Positions 59,178 to 64,000 of a DNA stretch of 64,000 nt are shown in pieces; position 1 is the stretch's first letter, and every line of letters starts with the position of its first letter. The stretch is from Methanomassiliicoccaceae archaeon (GTDB lineage: Archaea > Thermoplasmatota > Thermoplasmata > Methanomassiliicoccales > Methanomassiliicoccaceae), in NCBI GenBank assembly GCA_040776945.1, contig JAXGZN010000002.1, positions 352,001-416,000 on the forward strand, written 5' to 3'. The notes under the pieces are model-generated. The model did not search any database, was not told the origin of the DNA, and saw nothing but the letters and a program-made list of their open reading frames with translations. The translations under genes and the position numbers were made by a program.

Positions 59178-60608
59178 TCAGCTGTTATGCTCTTGGATAA
59201 GACGGGCGATGGCCTCGGCCGATAGCCTTGACTCCACGTTCTTCCACTTCTTCCGATCGGGCATGCTCTCCAGCAACTTGATCGTTATGTCCGAGCCCTC
59301 GCCGAGAAGCTCGGCGAAGGAGCGCCGGATGCGGTCCGCCTCGGCGTCCTCCAACCCCGCGGAGCTGTAGACCTCTATGGTGAACTTGAGTGCGTCCTCC
59401 TGCACCAGCATAAGGAACTCTGGGGGGACGGCGAGGAAGGGGATGACCTCCTTCTCGTAGAAGTTGTCCACCCCCACGCCGGATACGGCCCGGCCACCGG
59501 CAGTGATGATCATGTCGTTCACACGCCCCTCTATCGCCCTGAAGGTCACATGCTCCCTTCCGCACGGGCATTCCCCGCCCAGCGTCACATGGTCCCCGAT
59601 ATCGTAGTTGATGAACGGCATGGAGCGGTTGCAAAGACTGGTGCCGATCAGGCGTTCCATCCCCCAGTCGTCCTCCAGCAGGCCGATCGCCCCCGTCTCC
59701 ATGTTCTGATGGTATCGGCCTTCGGAGCACTCCCCAGCGGAAATAACGTACTCCGACTGGCTGTACCAGTCCCGCACCGGGCAGCCCATGGCGCTCTCGA
59801 TGGCCTCCCGCATGGACCCAGGGAGCTGCTCGGAACTGGTATGGACGAAACGCGGGGACGCCTCCATCCTCGCTCCGGCCGCTTCCATCCCCCGGCTGAG
59901 GACGTACAGGGAGTGAGGATACCCTCTGACGATCTCGGGACGAAAGCGGTTCAGCCTGCCAATGATCTTCCTTATGTTGTCCCGGCCCAAGGCGTAGGTG
60001 TTGAAGGTCAGCTCCCCGACCCGGCCGTCCCATCTCCACAGCGCGCCCCTTTCCCTCTCGGAAACGAAATCTCCGCGGAACGAGGCTATACGCGCATCCA
60101 GGCCGGAGGCGCCGCAGCCCAAATAGTGCCTCCAGACCGCCGCCAGCTCCACCTCCCTGGTCTGCTGGTCAAGGAGAAAGCTCAGCGGCCGCCCCGTGGA
60201 GCCTGTGGTGCTGGCCTTCCCCGGACGGTAGGAGGCCTGATCGGATGCGATCATCCTTTCCCCCTCCTTCCTTATGATGTCCTTGGTAAGGACCGGCAGC
60301 CGCCGCAGCGCGCCAAGGTCCTTGACCTCTTGGGAGCGGAGCCCGACCGCCTTGAACACATCATGATAGTACGGCACGTTGCGCTCGGCATGTTCGAGGA
60401 CGAGGCGGAGCTGTCTCAGCTGGATGCGCTCCAGCTCCTCACGCGACCGCCTCTCGCTCTCCATAAGGCCTTCGAGACGCCGCCGGAATCCTCCGCCCAG
60501 GAGAAGGCTGCGCGGGACCGGGCTCATCACCGCGCCCATCGCGCTCTTCAGCGATGGGGGCAAGCGCTCGTAGAGCCTGAGGCCGGCGCTGTACGGCACC
60601 AAGCTCAT
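59178..60608 (-). CDS. CapK-like phenylacetate--CoA ligase family adenylating enzyme
   Basis: HA.RNVPYY, LPVLTKD, TTGSTGRP, GYPHS, WYSQSE, MPFINYDIGD, IEGRVND. Confidence 0.88.
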   Translation of the reverse strand: MSLVPYSAGLRLYERLPPSLKSAMGAVMSPVPRSLLLGGGFRRRLEGLMESERRSREELERIQLRQLRLVLEHAERNVPYYHDVFKAVGLRSQEVKDLGALRRLPVLTKDIIRKEGERMIASDQASYRPGKASTTGSTGRPLSFLLDQQTREVELAAVWRHYLGCGASGLDARIASFRGDFVSERERGALWRWDGRVGELTFNTYALGRDNIRKIIGRLNRFRPEIVRGYPHSLYVLSRGMEAAGARMEASPRFVHTSSEQLPGSMREAIESAMGCPVRDWYSQSEYVISAGECSEGRYHQNMETGAIGLLEDDWGMERLIGTSLCNRSMPFINYDIGDHVTLGGECPCGREHVTFRAIEGRVNDMIITAGGRAVSGVGVDNFYEKEVIPFLAVPPEFLMLVQEDALKFTIEVYSSAGLEDAEADRIRRSFAELLGEGSDITIKLLESMPDRKKWKNVESRLSAEAIARLIQEHNS

Positions 60609-60651
60609 GCCGATTGCCACCCCCCAGCCCTGCCGGTCGAAAGGAAGGGCA

Positions 60652-62145
60652 TCAGTCCCCCCTCCTTCCGGCGGTCCTCCCGCTCCTCATGGCTGTGAAG
60701 CGGCGGGCGTAGTTGAGCGCGATGTCGATCTCGTCCCTGGTGAAGCCCTTAAGGGCCAGTAGGACCACGAAATAGATGACGGCCCCGGCCGCAATGACCA
60801 GGAATATGCCCAGCATGCTGCCGGTGGTCCCGATCAAGAGGATGCTCGCGGCCATGGCCAAGGAGGCCGCCACGCTCTTGGCGATCGCGGCCCAGTCCAC
60901 GCTGAAGGTGAGGAACCGCCTGGATATGGACAGGCCGATGAGCAGCATGACCACGTGGGACGCGGTCGCGGCGATACCGGCGCCGACTATGCCGAACAGC
61001 GGGGTGAGCACGAACACCAGGGCGACGTTCAGGACCGCCGGGATGCTGAACGTTATGAAGTTCAGATGGGTCTTCTTCACCAGGTGAGGCACATTGTCCA
61101 CGAACCGGGACATGCCTGACAGCAGGCCTGCCAGCGCGATGAAGGGGATCACCGCCGCCCCGGGCGCGAACGCCGGGGTCGTCAGCGCCATGATGATCGG
61201 TCCGGCCAGGACCGATATGCCGACCACTGCGGGCAGGACAAGTATCATGTAATAGCGGAAGGACCTCCTCAGGTACTCCTTGACCTGGTCGATCCTGCCA
61301 TCATCATATAGTCTCGCCAGGGTCGGATAGAGGACCAGCTGTATGGGGGCGACCAATAGGTAGATCACCGCGCCGATGTTGAACGCCGCGGAATATATGC
61401 CCGCCAGGCTCAGACCGACCAGGATGGCCAGCAAATACCTGTCGCTTGAGGACAGGACCCAGTGGATAAGGGTATTGGGGGTCAGGGGCAGCCCGAACTT
61501 GAAGTTCCGCTTGAATATCTCCCGGTCCGGCCGGGAATATCCGACCTGACGAAGCACCAGGGACAGACCCATTATGAACGCCACCACCGCGATGATGAAG
61601 GAGCCGAGCACCGCTCCCAGGACGCCCATGCCTCCGACCACGAACAGCAGGATGAGCCCGACCTCGCCGAAGGCGTTGAAGATGTTCACCAAGGCATAGG
61701 TCCTGATCTGCCCCATCGCCCTGAAGTAGGAGCTGTTGATCCCCGTGAAGGCCGCGAAGGGCACGGTAAGCGCTCCCAACACTAGCACGGCGGCCAAGGT
61801 CCCGTCCTGGAAGATGAACTCGGCGAGAGGGACGCAAAGGGCGATCATGGCCGCGGTCAGAACGGCGCCGAAGGCCGCCACGATGGCGAAGGCCCCGAAG
61901 TACTCCCGGCTGATCCTTTTTCGGTCCTCCCCGGACCTCAGGAACCTGAGGAGGGTCACGCTCTGTCCCAGGATGGCCACCGACGACAACAGGGAGATGG
62001 TGACCAGCACCTGCACCCAGAGCCCGTAGTCATTGGTCCCCAGGGTCTTGGTGATGACCGGCAGGAGAAGGAAGTTGCCGACGTTCACCAGCACCTGAGT
62101 GAGACCAATGATAACCGCATCCTTTGCCAGGTCCTTGAACGCCAT
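60652..62145 (-). CDS. Wzx-type oligosaccharide flippase
   Basis: About 14 TMs; LLPVITK.LG..DYG, SDRYLL..LVG...GIYSAA, YPTLARLYD. Confidence 0.9.
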   Translation of the reverse strand: MAFKDLAKDAVIIGLTQVLVNVGNFLLLPVITKTLGTNDYGLWVQVLVTISLLSSVAILGQSVTLLRFLRSGEDRKRISREYFGAFAIVAAFGAVLTAAMIALCVPLAEFIFQDGTLAAVLVLGALTVPFAAFTGINSSYFRAMGQIRTYALVNIFNAFGEVGLILLFVVGGMGVLGAVLGSFIIAVVAFIMGLSLVLRQVGYSRPDREIFKRNFKFGLPLTPNTLIHWVLSSSDRYLLAILVGLSLAGIYSAAFNIGAVIYLLVAPIQLVLYPTLARLYDDGRIDQVKEYLRRSFRYYMILVLPAVVGISVLAGPIIMALTTPAFAPGAAVIPFIALAGLLSGMSRFVDNVPHLVKKTHLNFITFSIPAVLNVALVFVLTPLFGIVGAGIAATASHVVMLLIGLSISRRFLTFSVDWAAIAKSVAASLAMAASILLIGTTGSMLGIFLVIAAGAVIYFVVLLALKGFTRDEIDIALNYARRFTAMRSGRTAGRRGD

Positions 62146-62386
62146 TCCGTTCCTCCGTTCGAGCCCGGACAAATATGGTGAACATGTAGATAGAACATCC
62201 TACCTGAATCTGGAGGCGGGACGTACTCCGCGGGATAGGCCCGATCGGCGCCGAGGGAAGGGGACCGAATATTCATTCCGCGAACCTAGGATGCATCACA
62301 TTGCATTATATTGAGAGGGCACGATACATGATGGGTTCGGAGGTAATATTTATCAAGATAGATACCGCTTGGACCCGGTGGGTGGG

Positions 62387-64000
62387 ATGAGGTCCAAGCT
62401 TAGGGTCGGACTGTTGCTGGACGGGGCCGTCGTGCCGTACTGGGCCGCCCGAACGATCGAAAGGATCGTCCGCTCCGGCTCGGCCGACATAGTCCTGGCG
62501 GTGGTGGACGGAGGCACTGAGAAGGACATCGACCCCATCAGGGCCACAGAGTCCTTCCTTTATGATACCTACATCTGGTTCGACCGCCGGAAGAACGGCA
62601 GGCGCTTGGACCCACTCGCCGCCGAGGACATCCCTCCGGACCTGGACAAGGCCTCCAGAGTATATCTGAGACGAACCACCGAGGCCCGCCGATTTCTTTC
62701 CGAGGAGGTTGTCCGCAAGATCCACGAGCGCGATCTGGACGTGATGATCGACATAGGCAACGTGACCCCCTTGGGAGAACTTTCGCGCTGCGCCCGCCAC
62801 GGCGTGTGGTCGTTCTCCCCAGGCGACGGCGTGAGATATGACTCCAGCTCCCCTGGCTTTTGGGAGATATTCCATCGGGAACCGGTCACCTGCGCTCATG
62901 TGCGGCGCATCGTGCGCGGTTCGACCTCCATCATCTACCTTTCAAGGTCGCATACGATCACCACGTCGGAGAAGAGGAACCGTGACCAGCTGTACCTCAA
63001 GGGGATCTCGTTCCTGCCTAGGCTCCTGGACATGCAATACGCTCTTGGGAAGGAACCCCTGCCCTCGCTGGATGTGGGAACGGTAACCGCTCAACCCTCG
63101 CTTCGCCGCAACGGGCCGGGCAACCTCGACATGATGTCCTATTATATCCGCAGGCTGCCTCGGGACGCCCGACTGCTGTCCGGAAGAGCGCTCTTTGAGG
63201 AGCGATGGGCGGTCCAGTACAGCCTGGACAGCAAGATCCCATCCAGTTATGACGGCTTTCATCAGCTGATGCCTCCGAAGCACACCTGGTGGGGGGACCC
63301 CCAGGCGGCGCAGCAGGACGATGATTATTACATCTTCATCGAGGAGCTCGCTCTGCCCCGCAGCCGCAACCACGCCCGCATCTCGGTCATCAAGCTCAAT
63401 GCCGACGGCGGCCACGAGGGGCCGGTCCCGGTCCTGGAACGTCCGTACCACTTGTCCTATCCCTTCGTCTTCGAGTGGAAGGGCTCGCACTACATGGTCC
63501 CGGAGTCCTCCAACAATCGGACCATCGAGCTGTACGAGGCCGAGGAGTTCCCGTACCGCTGGAGGTTCGTCAAGGACATCATGACCAACGTTGAGGCGGT
63601 GGACACCACCATCGTCCGCCGCCACGGACTGTGGTGGCTCTTCACCAACATGCGGGAGAACGAGGGCGGCCCGATCAACGACGAGCTGTTCCTCTTCCGC
63701 TCGGACGATCTGCTGGGGGACGACTGGGTCCCGCATCCTCTAAACCCCATCGTCACCGATGTCCGCTCCGCCCGTCCGGCCGGGCGGATATTCGAGATGG
63801 ACGGGGTGCTGTACCGTCCGTCCCAAGATTGCTCGAAATGCTATGGGTACGCGGTCAACATCAACCGCATCCAGGAGATGACCGAGGCGACATATAGAGA
63901 GTCCAGGACCGCATACCTGGAGCCTAAGGAGTTCCCCGGCGCCTCCCGGGTGCATACCTTCAGTCACATCCACGGCCTCACCGCAGTGGACACCTATATC
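62387..64000 (+). CDS. formyltransferase-like N-terminus plus GINT1-like beta-propeller protein (3' truncated; missing from the ORF track)
   Basis: Open frame from MRSKLRVGLLLD to the window end; HGVWSF.PGD, PGFWEI, WGDP, HLSYPFVF, YMVPES, HPLNPI, ARPAG, RPSQDC..YG, HTF. Confidence 0.82.
   Translation, partial: MRSKLRVGLLLDGAVVPYWAARTIERIVRSGSADIVLAVVDGGTEKDIDPIRATESFLYDTYIWFDRRKNGRRLDPLAAEDIPPDLDKASRVYLRRTTEARRFLSEEVVRKIHERDLDVMIDIGNVTPLGELSRCARHGVWSFSPGDGVRYDSSSPGFWEIFHREPVTCAHVRRIVRGSTSIIYLSRSHTITTSEKRNRDQLYLKGISFLPRLLDMQYALGKEPLPSLDVGTVTAQPSLRRNGPGNLDMMSYYIRRLPRDARLLSGRALFEERWAVQYSLDSKIPSSYDGFHQLMPPKHTWWGDPQAAQQDDDYYIFIEELALPRSRNHARISVIKLNADGGHEGPVPVLERPYHLSYPFVFEWKGSHYMVPESSNNRTIELYEAEEFPYRWRFVKDIMTNVEAVDTTIVRRHGLWWLFTNMRENEGGPINDELFLFRSDDLLGDDWVPHPLNPIVTDVRSARPAGRIFEMDGVLYRPSQDCSKCYGYAVNINRIQEMTEATYRESRTAYLEPKEFPGASRVHTFSHIHGLTAVDTYI

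Noticed and set aside
1-64000. CRISPR array, transposase, integrase, rRNA or riboswitch
   Set aside because: No regularly spaced repeats or recognisable motifs were seen by eye; the repeats found are intragenic paralog tracts.

Overview
GC-rich archaeal DNA, most likely from a Methanomassiliicoccus-like methanogen (Methanomassiliicoccales). The basis is an N-terminally truncated PylRS, a bulged tRNA-Pyl and an Rh-type channel beside mtm genes. The core (9.1-20.8 kb) is a pyrrolysine/monomethylamine island: pylT-pylS-pylB-pylC-pylD-ramA-mtmC-mtmB on the minus strand, divergent from mtmC-mtmB-Rh transporter on the plus strand. Both mtmB genes have an in-frame TAG (Pyl), which the ORF track splits. 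They share a perfectly identical 68-nt tract around it that includes a PYLIS-like hairpin. The minus-strand mtmB and pylS both end in TAG. Elsewhere there are three paralogous surface proteins, two orphan PAS histidine kinases, an ABC exporter, and an overlapping gene pair encoding a Ras-like GTPase-domain protein and a STAND-like ATPase with a double zinc ribbon. A ~20 kb glycan-decoration locus holds five tandem CelD/BcsL-type GNATs, two ATP-grasp ligases, a CapK-like ligase, a flippase, an orphan Wzt and a GINT1-like protein. No CRISPR array, rRNA or transposase was seen. All family assignments come from motif recognition by eye; no searches were run.
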